A stretch of DNA of 64,000 nt from a virus (taxonomy: Duplodnaviria > Heunggongvirae > Uroviricota > Caudoviricetes): IMG/VR virus record IMGVR_UViG_3300027260_000002; one strand, given 5' to 3'. How positions within the stretch are numbered: position 1 is the first letter of the stretch; each line of letters begins with the position of its first letter. Shown one piece after another: positions 1 to 8,757 of the stretch. A program made the translations under genes and the position numbers. The notes below the pieces were generated by a model that had not been told where the DNA came from, made no database searches, and saw only the letters and a list, made by a program, of their open reading frames with translations.

Positions 1-204
1 GGCGATCGAAACTACGAGTGGCTAAGCGTCAATTCAAACGGAGATGCAATCCTTTGCTGCAATGATTATAACTTTGATTATATCTTTGGTAACATTCTTG
101 AACAAGAACTGAGTGAAATGTGGCACAGCGAGAAGCACGTCGAGACCATCGACAGAGCCTACAACAACATTTGTACAAAGTGTAGCGCATCAGTCACGAA
201 ATAG
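1..204 (+). CDS. partial CDS (3' end only, 5' end lies upstream of the window); Cys-rich C-terminal domain protein
   Basis: Frame 1 is open from position 1 to TAG at 202-204. Translation: ...GDRNYEWLSVNSNGDAILCCNDYNFDYIFGNILEQELSEMWHSEKHVETIDRAYNNICTKCSASVTK. CC and CxxC cysteine pairs suggest an Fe-S/Zn auxiliary domain (possibly SPASM/twitch-like) but the fragment is too short to assign. Confidence 0.35.
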   Translation, partial: GDRNYEWLSVNSNGDAILCCNDYNFDYIFGNILEQELSEMWHSEKHVETIDRAYNNICTKCSASVTK

Positions 205-217
205 TATAAATAGTCCT

Positions 218-505
218 ATGGGTTACGATACTATATTCAAACTTATTGGTGATGTCGGATTCCCCATCGCAGCAGCATTGCTCGGTGGGGTTTTCGTTTA
301 CTTCGTTATCAACTACATTCTTGAGAGTGTCGTGAAGGCAATCAAGGGAATGCAGGGTATTATTATGGGGCTTGACAATCGAGTCAAGACAATGAACCAT
401 GATATTATTCGCGTTGATGCAGTTGTAAGTTCCGCTCTTGGTCTGAAGCCAGATCTCGACAGAATCGCACGAGCAGACGGGAAGAACGATGCTCGGAAAG
501 ATTAA
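218..505 (+). CDS. small membrane protein, paralog A of a tandem pair
   Basis: ATG at 218 in the same frame as track ORF 113..505. It starts after the stop of the upstream partial gene. Hydrophobic segment GFPIAAALLGGVFVYFVINYI. Clear paralogy with the next ORF. Confidence 0.5.
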   Translation: MGYDTIFKLIGDVGFPIAAALLGGVFVYFVINYILESVVKAIKGMQGIIMGLDNRVKTMNHDIIRVDAVVSSALGLKPDLDRIARADGKNDARKD

Positions 506-768
506 TGGATCCACAAATAATTGCAGAACTGGTAAAACAATATGGATTTCCAATTGTCGCAGCGGTCGGCATGGGTTATTTTGTGTGGTTCATCTATAAG
601 TTCGTAACAGATAAACTAATGCCATTGATTGGCGAAACAAATGTAATTTTAATTGCGTTGATTGATCGTGTCCGTATGTTGGATAACGATCTTATTCGAT
701 TGAATCAGAAGGTGAACGTTGTATTGCAGATAAAGGAAGATCACAGTGAACATAAATCTAAAGATTGA
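505..768 (+). CDS. small membrane protein, paralog B of a tandem pair
   Basis: MDPQIIAELVKQYGFPIVAAVGMGYFVWFIYKF... aligns with 218..505 (shared GFPI(A/V)AA, G.FV.F, LI...R, D.IR). ATGA overlap with the previous stop. Confidence 0.5.
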   Translation: MDPQIIAELVKQYGFPIVAAVGMGYFVWFIYKFVTDKLMPLIGETNVILIALIDRVRMLDNDLIRLNQKVNVVLQIKEDHSEHKSKD

Positions 769-842
769 AATCATCAAGATCTTCACACTTGAATTTAGTC
801 TTTCTTCGAACAAAGATATACCTTTTAAGAGGGAAAAGAAAG

Positions 843-1283
843 ATGAAAAAGAGTCTGCTCCTGCTAGCTCTGATACTAAGCAGCCCAGCAAAAGCTGATC
901 CACTCGTACAGCAGTTTAAAAGTCCGTCCTTCAATGGATATGGATGGTCACAACATGTGCAGGCAATCGATGCGCAAGAACGTTCTCGTGAACAAGCAAT
1001 CAAAGATGCAGAAGCAGCAAAAGCCGCTCTTGCAAAAGCTGAAGCTTCGAACACTCCGCTTGCAAAGTTTATGGCTCTGTTTACCTCTCAGGTATATGCT
1101 CAGCTAGCCACACAGCTTTCAAACAATCTCTTTGCCGAAGGTTCTGCTCAGCAAGGCATGTTCAATCTCGATGGTAACACAATTAGCTATGTAAAAACTG
1201 GCACATCTGTGACGTTGACAGTTGTCGACAAATTTGGTAACACGACAGTCGTGACTGTTCCTATCGCAACGTTTGCGTTTTAA
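843..1283 (+). CDS. csgF: curli assembly component CsgF-like secreted protein
   Basis: ATG at 843 preceded by GAGGG. Signal peptide MKKSLLLLALILSSPAKA. Mature N-terminus DPLVQQFKSPSFNGYGW resembles E. coli CsgF FQFRNPNFGG. Lies immediately upstream of a strong CsgG homolog, matching the csgEFG gene order. Confidence 0.55.
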   Translation: MKKSLLLLALILSSPAKADPLVQQFKSPSFNGYGWSQHVQAIDAQERSREQAIKDAEAAKAALAKAEASNTPLAKFMALFTSQVYAQLATQLSNNLFAEGSAQQGMFNLDGNTISYVKTGTSVTLTVVDKFGNTTVVTVPIATFAF

Positions 1284-1292
1284 GGAGAAGTC

Positions 1293-2117
1293 ATGAAAAA
1301 GCTAATTTTACTTCCACTGCTTCTTGTCACAACTGCCTGCGCAGGCGGAGTGCATCCTCATCTCAATCAGTCGTATCTGATGAGAGAAGATGCCGAGGTA
1401 GAAAGATTTGCAAATCCTAAGTTGTTCAGAACTCTACCAGAACTTGACGGTCAGGTAATTCCGATTGCCATCTACTCGTTCACTGATAGAACAGGACAAC
1501 GCAAACCTTCTGCTACTCAAGCCAGCTTTTCGACAGCCGTGACTCAAGGTGCAGATGCTTATGTTATCAAAACATTGGCAGATGTCGGAGATGGCAAATG
1601 GTTTAAACCAGTCGAGCGTGTAGGCATCGATTCTTTAATTAAAGAACGTCAGCTCGTAAGACAGATGAGAGAGCAACAACTCGGAGAAGGTGCTGAGCCA
1701 CTTCCTCCTTTGATGGTTGCGGGTATCATTCTTGAAGGTGGTATTATTGACTATAGTTCAAATACCAAAACTGGTGGTAACGGTGCACGATTCCTTGGAA
1801 TCGGCCCTTATCAACAGTATGCAGAAGATCAAGTTACTATTAGTATGCGACTCGTATCAGTACAGACAGGAGAAGTCCTGACCTCTGTCACTGTTGAGAA
1901 GAATCTGCTCTCTACGTCCGAGGGAGTGACAGCATTTAAGTTTTTTGACATGGCAACAAAAGCTTTTGAATTCGATGGACAACAAACATCGAATGAAGCA
2001 GGTAGTTATGCGATCCGTTCAGCCATAGAAACGGCCGTTGTGGAATTGATCAAGGACGGTGAACGTAAAGGTCTATGGAGATTTAAGCAAAAGGAAACAA
2101 CAAATGAAGGTAATTAA
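1293..2117 (+). CDS. csgG: curli production/transport outer-membrane lipoprotein CsgG-like
   Basis: RBS AAGGAG. Signal peptide ending ...TTAC (possible lipobox Cys). Blocks IAIYSFTDRTGQRKP, GNGARFLGIG and SAIETAVVELIKDGERKGLW match conserved E. coli CsgG blocks (VSVYNIQDETGQFKP, GVGARYFGIG, SAIETGVIFLINDGIDRGLW). Confidence 0.85.
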   Translation: MKKLILLPLLLVTTACAGGVHPHLNQSYLMREDAEVERFANPKLFRTLPELDGQVIPIAIYSFTDRTGQRKPSATQASFSTAVTQGADAYVIKTLADVGDGKWFKPVERVGIDSLIKERQLVRQMREQQLGEGAEPLPPLMVAGIILEGGIIDYSSNTKTGGNGARFLGIGPYQQYAEDQVTISMRLVSVQTGEVLTSVTVEKNLLSTSEGVTAFKFFDMATKAFEFDGQQTSNEAGSYAIRSAIETAVVELIKDGERKGLWRFKQKETTNEGN

Positions 2118-2877
2118 ATCTTTATTCGTTGGAGCTGCTCTTCTTTATGGAACATCTGCGATTGCACAAACAGTGCTACCAACAGCCCCAACTCCACCAG
2201 CAATTGTAACTACGTCACCAAATGAAGTGACTGCAGCTGCAGTAGCTACAACAAACAAAGTATATATCGACCAAGAAGGTGGTAATGTAGATGTTAACAT
2301 TGTTCAAACTGGTACTGCTAATATCATTGGCGACAATGCTGATCCTATCTATTTACGAGGTGATAATCAAAGTGTCATCGCTGTTCAAACCGGTAACGGA
2401 AACGAACTCTACATGGGCGTGGTCTCCGCTACAGGAGCAACAGGAATCGCAGCAGTAACTGTTCGTCAGATCGGTAATCTCAACACTGCAGACATTCGTT
2501 GCGGCACGCTTCAATCTGATGCTATCTGTAACAAGTTTGATCTGAATGCCAGATTTACAGGCGATTCAAACTCGCTCGTATTCCATGGTTCAGGCGAAAA
2601 CATTCGTAACTCGATGGATATCACTGGTGACAACAATGCATTCAACATCGATGCACTCTCGCCTAACGCAACTCAAACCATTCTCGTGACTGGTGATTAC
2701 AATGACTTCGACGTGACACAAACAGGTCTCGGCGGAACATTCGGCCATTCTCTGTATGTGAACCTCACAGGTACACTGAACACCATTACAACCCAACAGT
2801 ACGGAGCTTCTGAAACCGTAATCAATATTAACTCGGCGGGTTCAAATGGTACGTTTAATATTAAAACTGGCCATTAA
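2104..2877 (+). CDS. secreted curlin-repeat protein (CsgA/CsgB-like amyloid subunit candidate)
   Basis: ATG 2104, signal peptide MKVIKSLFVGAALLYGTSAIAQ. Multiple Q-x-G-x-(G)-N-type repeats (IDQEGGNVDVNIVQTGTANIIGD, IAVQTGNGNELYMG, VTQTGLGGTFGH, TTQQYGASETVININ) reminiscent of curlin repeats. Confidence 0.55.
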   Translation: MKVIKSLFVGAALLYGTSAIAQTVLPTAPTPPAIVTTSPNEVTAAAVATTNKVYIDQEGGNVDVNIVQTGTANIIGDNADPIYLRGDNQSVIAVQTGNGNELYMGVVSATGATGIAAVTVRQIGNLNTADIRCGTLQSDAICNKFDLNARFTGDSNSLVFHGSGENIRNSMDITGDNNAFNIDALSPNATQTILVTGDYNDFDVTQTGLGGTFGHSLYVNLTGTLNTITTQQYGASETVININSAGSNGTFNIKTGH

Positions 2878-3982
2878 TGCACTCTTTCTGATATCGGTTC
2901 CAGCTTTTGCAGGCGTGGGATCGATATCAGAATTTCAGGGTGGAGGTTCTGTAAAGCGTGGTGCAAAAGTTGCACCTGCTGCTAAAGGCTCGAGTATCGA
3001 GAAGAACGATACTGTGTCGACCAATTCTCAAGGTAAATTTAAGATTCGATTCGTCGATGCCACCACTGTGAACATCACACAGAATTCACGGCTGGTCATC
3101 GACGATTTCGTATATGATGGAAACAATAAGAGCAAAGGCAAGCTCGGTTTGAAGCTAGCTTTAGGAACTGCAAGATATACTTCTGGAGCGATTGCTCATG
3201 GCAATGCTCGTGGTGTCGGTATACGTACACCGACTGCAACGATCGCCGTAAGAGGTACAGACTTTGTCATGTCTGTCGACGAAGCTGGCAGATCGACAGT
3301 CGTTCTTGTTCCTGAATGTTACAATGACAAAGATATCACAAAGATCAACTTCGAATGCCCATCAGGAGCTATCGACGTGATCACTGCTGCAGGTATCGTC
3401 ACTCTGACTCAGCCATTCCAAGCAACGATGGTCGAGAATTCTTATGCGCCTCCTGCTCCTCCTGTCGTCATCAATCCTTCAATGAAGGGTATGGACAACA
3501 ATATTCAGATCTCTCCCCTCGAAACCGATGATGGACAATCACTGATCACAGCAGCTCGTGAAGCTTTGAAGAAGTTTGTCAATCCTGCAAAAGCGGCATC
3601 TGACGATAACCAAGATCCAAATACTGGCGGAGATGGTGTAGAAGAAGTAGCGGTGGCTACACTTCGTTTGCCTACACAGAATGAACTTCAAGAAATTTAT
3701 GCAGAGTATAATTCTGGAAAGAGGCCTACAGAAACCGTTTATACGAACGTATCGCCCACTTTTAAGAAGTTGGTGCAGGTAGGTTGGGTATACTCGAGAA
3801 TCTCTGAAGATAAGAATCAAGTTGTCGTGGTATGGTTACCAAAAGATACTGAAATCCAAATGATTTCATCTCATAATGGTGTCGTCGACGCATACAATTT
3901 TATGGATGATAAATGGACTACGACTGGCACAGGTAGACCGCAAGGAAATATCACCGTGATACAAGAATCGGGTGTAAGATGA
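2846..3982 (+). CDS. secreted protein with FecR-like beta-sandwich region
   Basis: N-terminal hydrophobic signal. Central segment IRFVDATTVNITQNSRLVIDD...IAVRGTDFVMSVDEAGRSTVVLVPEC matches the FecR-domain pattern (GT.F.V ... V.V.EG). Start is uncertain because it overlaps the previous gene by 32 nt. Confidence 0.4.
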   Translation: MVRLILKLAINALFLISVPAFAGVGSISEFQGGGSVKRGAKVAPAAKGSSIEKNDTVSTNSQGKFKIRFVDATTVNITQNSRLVIDDFVYDGNNKSKGKLGLKLALGTARYTSGAIAHGNARGVGIRTPTATIAVRGTDFVMSVDEAGRSTVVLVPECYNDKDITKINFECPSGAIDVITAAGIVTLTQPFQATMVENSYAPPAPPVVINPSMKGMDNNIQISPLETDDGQSLITAAREALKKFVNPAKAASDDNQDPNTGGDGVEEVAVATLRLPTQNELQEIYAEYNSGKRPTETVYTNVSPTFKKLVQVGWVYSRISEDKNQVVVVWLPKDTEIQMISSHNGVVDAYNFMDDKWTTTGTGRPQGNITVIQESGVR

Positions 3983-5439
3983 TGAGATGGATCTTAACAC
4001 TACTACTGTTAACGTTCAGCGTACAGTTAAATGCGCAGACGCCTTCGAACTATGGTTTCGAAGATGGAAATTATGCGGGTTGGACGGTGTCGAACGGATC
4101 TACTGCACTTCGTACTTCATGGAGCGACACTGGTAACGGTGTACAAGTGACAACTGGAGTACAGAACTATTGCCCAGGCGGTGGTAAGTGCTGGACGATT
4201 ACTCCGTATGGATCGTACATGTTATCGATTCAAGCAGGAGGAAACTCGCCCAATTTTAATGCTGCGATGACTACTCTTGGGCTCAGCGCTTCTAACATTA
4301 CATCTATTCGTAACACGATCTATTCGAACGGATCGATGTATCCTACGAACGCTTCTTCAGTCAGTCGAACAGTATTCTTGCAGGCAGGAATTACATATTC
4401 GTTTGGTTGGCAGTATCTGTCGACAGACTATGTTCCGTATAACGATGGTTCTCTCATCACCTTGACGGGTGGACCGGGAACACCGACTCTCAACGGTCAA
4501 ACACAAAACTATGCGCTGTTAGGCTTTACAAATCCTGGAACTGGCAACTATTCGACTAACTCTTATAGTGCTACTGGCTGGCAAGTTGCCGTGTTCACGG
4601 TTCCAGCAGATGGCAACTATATGCTTGGATTCTCTTCTTTCAACCTCGGTGACACAGCTCTTTCGCCTATCTTATTCATCGATCAGTTACAAGGAACAAC
4701 GTCACTGAATGGTGCTACGTTTGCTCCTGTTGCACCGAACCAAGGATCTTCGGCACCGACTGCACCACCTCCACCTCCTGCAGAACCAGTATATCCAACT
4801 ACATCGATTACTACCAATCAAACTATCAAGCTCGGTCAAACGAATGCCATTACGAGCAACTCGATTTACATTCAAAATATCGGTGATAACAATACCGTCA
4901 ACATCGAGCAGTTCTCGAGGTTTAACGCTATCAGAGGTGTAAATGGTTCTCAATCGATGTTGATCAATGGTAGCAACAACTCCATTACTATCAATCAAGG
5001 TACTGCGGTCGCAATTCTTGGTAATAATCTTGCCGAAGTCTCTGTGACAGGAAACAATAACACCGTATCTCTGACTCAGCAATATAATGGCAAGTATGCA
5101 GAGCTAATAATGAATGGAACAGGAAATCAACTGACTGCCCAACAGAAAGATACTGGTGGAAAGTCTGCGTTCTTCAACATTTTAGGTAACTCGAATGTGA
5201 TTACGACTCTTCAACAAGGAACTGGTAATCATTTCCTCGATGTCAGTGCTCCGTATGGTGGGTTGAATGCAAATATCACTCAATCTGGTTCTGCACAGAA
5301 GCTGTTTAAATTGGTAATAAATAATCCTGGAATTGGAGTCACTGTATCGCAAACTGCCGCGAGCGTTACTGACTCAGTCTTAATGTCAATCACCTGCGCC
5401 ACTGGGCCATGTACTGGATACAGCTACGTAAAGAATTAA
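3979..5439 (+). CDS. secreted protein with N-terminal globular domain and C-terminal curlin-like repeats
   Basis: Signal peptide MMRWILTLLLLTFSVQLNAQ, Pro-rich linker APTAPPPPPAEP, then repeats SLTQQYNGKYAELIMNGTGNQLTAQQKDTGGKSAFFNILGNSNVITTLQQGTGNHFLDV (Q-x-G-x-G-N-x-A/L-x3-Q curlin motif). Confidence 0.55.
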   Translation: MMRWILTLLLLTFSVQLNAQTPSNYGFEDGNYAGWTVSNGSTALRTSWSDTGNGVQVTTGVQNYCPGGGKCWTITPYGSYMLSIQAGGNSPNFNAAMTTLGLSASNITSIRNTIYSNGSMYPTNASSVSRTVFLQAGITYSFGWQYLSTDYVPYNDGSLITLTGGPGTPTLNGQTQNYALLGFTNPGTGNYSTNSYSATGWQVAVFTVPADGNYMLGFSSFNLGDTALSPILFIDQLQGTTSLNGATFAPVAPNQGSSAPTAPPPPPAEPVYPTTSITTNQTIKLGQTNAITSNSIYIQNIGDNNTVNIEQFSRFNAIRGVNGSQSMLINGSNNSITINQGTAVAILGNNLAEVSVTGNNNTVSLTQQYNGKYAELIMNGTGNQLTAQQKDTGGKSAFFNILGNSNVITTLQQGTGNHFLDVSAPYGGLNANITQSGSAQKLFKLVINNPGIGVTVSQTAASVTDSVLMSITCATGPCTGYSYVKN

Positions 5440-5441
5440 TT

Positions 5442-6026
5442 ATGTTTATTTTTATACATGATAATGGCAATCTAAATGTTTTATCTATGACTAAGTGCGG
5501 TCATACGGCTATGTCATATTATTTTGGAATAGAACTACCAATGCAAAAAACATTTGCGCATTGGATAGAAGGAGAATCTCCGAAAGTAGTAGTATTAAGG
5601 CATCCAGTAGAACGTATGCATTCTGCTATTAATTTTCATGAAAAGCAATTTAATGAACGAATAGTAAAGTATAAAACCACCGGAGAATGCGACGACTTTT
5701 CTCTTATTGAAGACTTGATTAACTGGGATGATCGTCAACGAGAGTGGGAAATTGAAAGATTTATTTTTAATCAACACTGTCGTCCATATATGCATATTAT
5801 AAAAAATAGAGATTTTAGAATTATAAAATTTGAAGATCTATCTCAATATATTCCAAAGATATCACCCCGAGGCGCTGAAACCAATACTACTAATAGAAAT
5901 ATAGATCCTTTTCCAAAGAATAGATACTTTAAACGGGAAGATATGATAAAAGAGATTGAATTGTATGAGAGTCTTTTAGTAAATAGAGAAGTTATAACAC
6001 CCGAAGAATGGAAAGCGCTGACATGA
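5442..6026 (+). CDS. sulfotransferase-family protein
   Basis: ATG 5442 directly after the upstream stop. TKCGHTA (PAPS 5'-phosphosulfate-binding-like) and RHPVERMHSA (RxPxxR 3'-phosphate-binding-like). Markedly AT-rich relative to its neighbours. Confidence 0.45.
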   Translation: MFIFIHDNGNLNVLSMTKCGHTAMSYYFGIELPMQKTFAHWIEGESPKVVVLRHPVERMHSAINFHEKQFNERIVKYKTTGECDDFSLIEDLINWDDRQREWEIERFIFNQHCRPYMHIIKNRDFRIIKFEDLSQYIPKISPRGAETNTTNRNIDPFPKNRYFKREDMIKEIELYESLLVNREVITPEEWKALT

Positions 6027-8071
6027 TGAAAAAGATTCTACTGAGCCCGTGGTTGGCGCTCTTTACATTTGCAGTACTATTTACTTTTAAGTTACAAGAT
6101 CCATATCTAGTTGAAGCGACTCGTCTTAAATTTTATGACTACATCATGCTCGATAAAGCAAAACAATCTGAGCAGATTGTAGTCGTTAATTTAGGGGAGA
6201 AAGCAATTGAAAAATATGGCCAGTGGCCGTTCCCGCGTGAAGTCCACGCTGAAATTATTGGGAACATTTATGGCCGAGGGGCTGCTCTTGTTGGCAGCAC
6301 TGTACTTATGCCTGAGCCTGATCGGATGGGCACTGATCGAGTTCTTGTTGATACTCTAAGCAAGTATCCAGTTGTTCTTAGTCAGACTGTGTCGGCGGAT
6401 TGTGGTCGACCATCCAGTCGCGATGTTCGTCGGACAGGTGTGGCTGTTGTTGGGGATGGCCAGTCAACCGATTTTCTTCCGTCATATCCATGCGTCCTAT
6501 CGAATCTAGCATTGCTTCAGCAGCATGCTGCTGGTGTTGGAGTGACATCAACTCTTCCTGAACCTGACGGTGTTGTGCGACGAGTTCCGCTTCTCGCAAC
6601 CTCAGCGGGTGAATACTACCCTGCATTTGCTCTAGAAATGTTAAGAGTTGCTGCCGGAGATCCTTCGTATCAGGCAAAGATAAATGAGACTGGTGTGGAA
6701 GCATTACGAATTCCTTCTTTTGAAACTATTAAGACCGATGAATATGGTCGCGTGTTTATTAATCCAAACTATCGATTTGAGTCATACGAAATTGGCAAGG
6801 ATCCTTTGCCTGTCCTGAGTGGTAAAATCGTGATTCTCGGAGTAACTGCAGCTGGTGTAAGTAACCCTGTAGCGACTCCTTCAGGTGCGCAGTATCCCCA
6901 TCAGCTCCAGGCGAGTATTCTTGAGACTCTGATAAATGGTGATTCGGTTTCGATTCCGAATTGGACACAGCTTGTAGATCTTGCTGCTCTTCTTGTTTTG
7001 GCTCTGGCATTGATCATCATCTCTCGATTAAAATACTCTATCGTCTGGATAGGTTTAATTTTAGGCGGATATCTTTATCTGCCTATGTATTTATTCGCAA
7101 GCAAAGGAATCTTGTTAGACGTCACGTTTAACGTCATCGCAATTGCAATTATTTACATGCATATCTATACAGTGAAATTTATATCTGAATTCCTTCAGAA
7201 GCAACAAATCAAGAAACAGTTCGGCACATATCTGAGTCCAGATCTGGTAGCAAAATTGCAAAGACAACCAGATCTCTTGAAGTTAGGCGGAGAATCTCGC
7301 GAGCTTTCAATCATGTTCACAGACGTTCGAGGATTTACTACAATCTCTGAACACTATGGTGAAGATGTCCAAGGTTTGACTTCAATCATGAATCGTTATA
7401 TGACGGTCATGACAAGAGCGATCCTTGAAAACAATGGGACATTAGATAAGTATATTGGTGATGCACAGATGGCATTCTGGAATGCGCCGCTCGATAACAA
7501 ACAACATGCACGAGATGCAGTTCGAACAGCATTTCAAATGCTAAAAGACCTGGAGATATTTAATGAAGAAGTTGAAAGAGAAGGTATACCCGCTTTTGGC
7601 ATGGGTCTTGGTATTAACACTGCCACTGTGGTGGTTGGTAATATGGGCAGTAGCCAGCGTTTTGATTATACTTGTCTGGGTGATGGCGTTAATCTGGCTG
7701 CTCGTCTGGAAGGTCAATCCAAACCTTATGGCGTCAAACTCGTCGTCGGACCACAAACTGCCGAATTGGTTGGGGATGTATACCAAGTAGTTGAACTCGA
7801 CCTGATCGCCGTGAAAGGTAAGACAGAACCTGCTCGCATCTATACCATTTTTGATGTGGCAGATCCTGCTGGAGAATTGCTGCATAAAAAGTTCTTGGAC
7901 TTCTATCGTCAAGGTAAATGGGATGCAGCTATCAATCTGATAAAAGATCTGAAACGTTGCTGGGACGAAGAGCTGAATGCATACTACGATATGATGGAGA
8001 AACGCATTCAGAATCTAAAGTTTGAAGAACCCTGGGAATGGGACGGAGTTTATAGAGCTACAAGTAAGTGA
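6023..8071 (+). CDS. CHASE2-sensor class III adenylate/guanylate cyclase
   Basis: ATGA overlap at 6023. N-terminal signal/TM then a periplasmic CHASE2-like region. TM cluster (LVDLAALLVLALALIIISRL, IVWIGLILGGYLYLPMY...). C-terminal cyclase domain with LSIMFTDVRGFTTISE ... KYIGDAQMAFWNAP ... FDYTCLGDGVNLAARLEG. Confidence 0.8.
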   Translation: MMKKILLSPWLALFTFAVLFTFKLQDPYLVEATRLKFYDYIMLDKAKQSEQIVVVNLGEKAIEKYGQWPFPREVHAEIIGNIYGRGAALVGSTVLMPEPDRMGTDRVLVDTLSKYPVVLSQTVSADCGRPSSRDVRRTGVAVVGDGQSTDFLPSYPCVLSNLALLQQHAAGVGVTSTLPEPDGVVRRVPLLATSAGEYYPAFALEMLRVAAGDPSYQAKINETGVEALRIPSFETIKTDEYGRVFINPNYRFESYEIGKDPLPVLSGKIVILGVTAAGVSNPVATPSGAQYPHQLQASILETLINGDSVSIPNWTQLVDLAALLVLALALIIISRLKYSIVWIGLILGGYLYLPMYLFASKGILLDVTFNVIAIAIIYMHIYTVKFISEFLQKQQIKKQFGTYLSPDLVAKLQRQPDLLKLGGESRELSIMFTDVRGFTTISEHYGEDVQGLTSIMNRYMTVMTRAILENNGTLDKYIGDAQMAFWNAPLDNKQHARDAVRTAFQMLKDLEIFNEEVEREGIPAFGMGLGINTATVVVGNMGSSQRFDYTCLGDGVNLAARLEGQSKPYGVKLVVGPQTAELVGDVYQVVELDLIAVKGKTEPARIYTIFDVADPAGELLHKKFLDFYRQGKWDAAINLIKDLKRCWDEELNAYYDMMEKRIQNLKFEEPWEWDGVYRATSK

Positions 8072-8077
8072 GGTAAT

Positions 8078-8692
8078 ATGATTGATGATACGATGATGGC
8101 TTCTTATCGAGCTGAATTTGAGAAAAATGGTTTTGTTAAAATTAAAAACGTTCTGTCTCCTGAGATCATAGAGCTATATAAATCCTTTATCGATATCTCT
8201 CATCTCGATGATATGAGAAGGAGAGAAACGGGTCCATACTTAGGCGGAGACATTCAGTCTGTTGATGGCAACGTTCTCGATAATAGCATACTCTTATATT
8301 GCAAACATATCGTAGAAAAAATATGGGCAACCGATAATATGGTTCCTTCGTATGCCTATTCACGAGAATATTTTCGTGGAGCTGAACTCAAAAATCATCG
8401 AGATCGCGAAGCGTGCCAGTACTCCATCACTATCACGATGTGTAAGAGGGGAGAAGGAACGTCTGCGCTATTTTTTAGCGACTCAGATGATAAGAGCAAT
8501 CCGATACCGGTCGACCTTGATGAAGGTGATGCCATCATTTTCAATGGCGGATCAAACTATGGAGGCAAGTGGCACTGGAGAGATCCTCTCGAAATGGATT
8601 CATTAATCCAGCTATTCCTCCACTACGTCCATCCTGATGCATCACATCTTGCTGAAAGAGATTATCCAAGACCTTTTTATCGTTCACGCTGA
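8078..8692 (+). CDS. 2OG-Fe(II) oxygenase, phytanoyl-CoA dioxygenase (PhyH)-like
   Basis: N-terminus YRAEFEKNGFVKIKNVLSPEIIELYKSF is PhyH-like. HRD...H iron-binding candidates are present. Confidence 0.45.
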   Translation: MIDDTMMASYRAEFEKNGFVKIKNVLSPEIIELYKSFIDISHLDDMRRRETGPYLGGDIQSVDGNVLDNSILLYCKHIVEKIWATDNMVPSYAYSREYFRGAELKNHRDREACQYSITITMCKRGEGTSALFFSDSDDKSNPIPVDLDEGDAIIFNGGSNYGGKWHWRDPLEMDSLIQLFLHYVHPDASHLAERDYPRPFYRSR

Positions 8693-8741
8693 TTTTTAGC
8701 ATGTACATTTTATCAAAAGTTTGGTAAGGTGGACCTATAAT
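8693..8741 (+). promoter_or_regulatory. conserved early-promoter cassette (AATAA-CATGTACA-N17-TAAGGT-GGACC-TATAAT), PeSL-like
   Basis: ATGTACA at 8701-8707, 17-nt spacer, TAAGGT 8725-8730, TATAAT 8736-8741, then GAAGGA RBS. Near-identical copies at 18522, 18838, 56922 and 57354. Confidence 0.55.
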
Positions 8742-8757
8742 GATGAAGGACGAAAAC

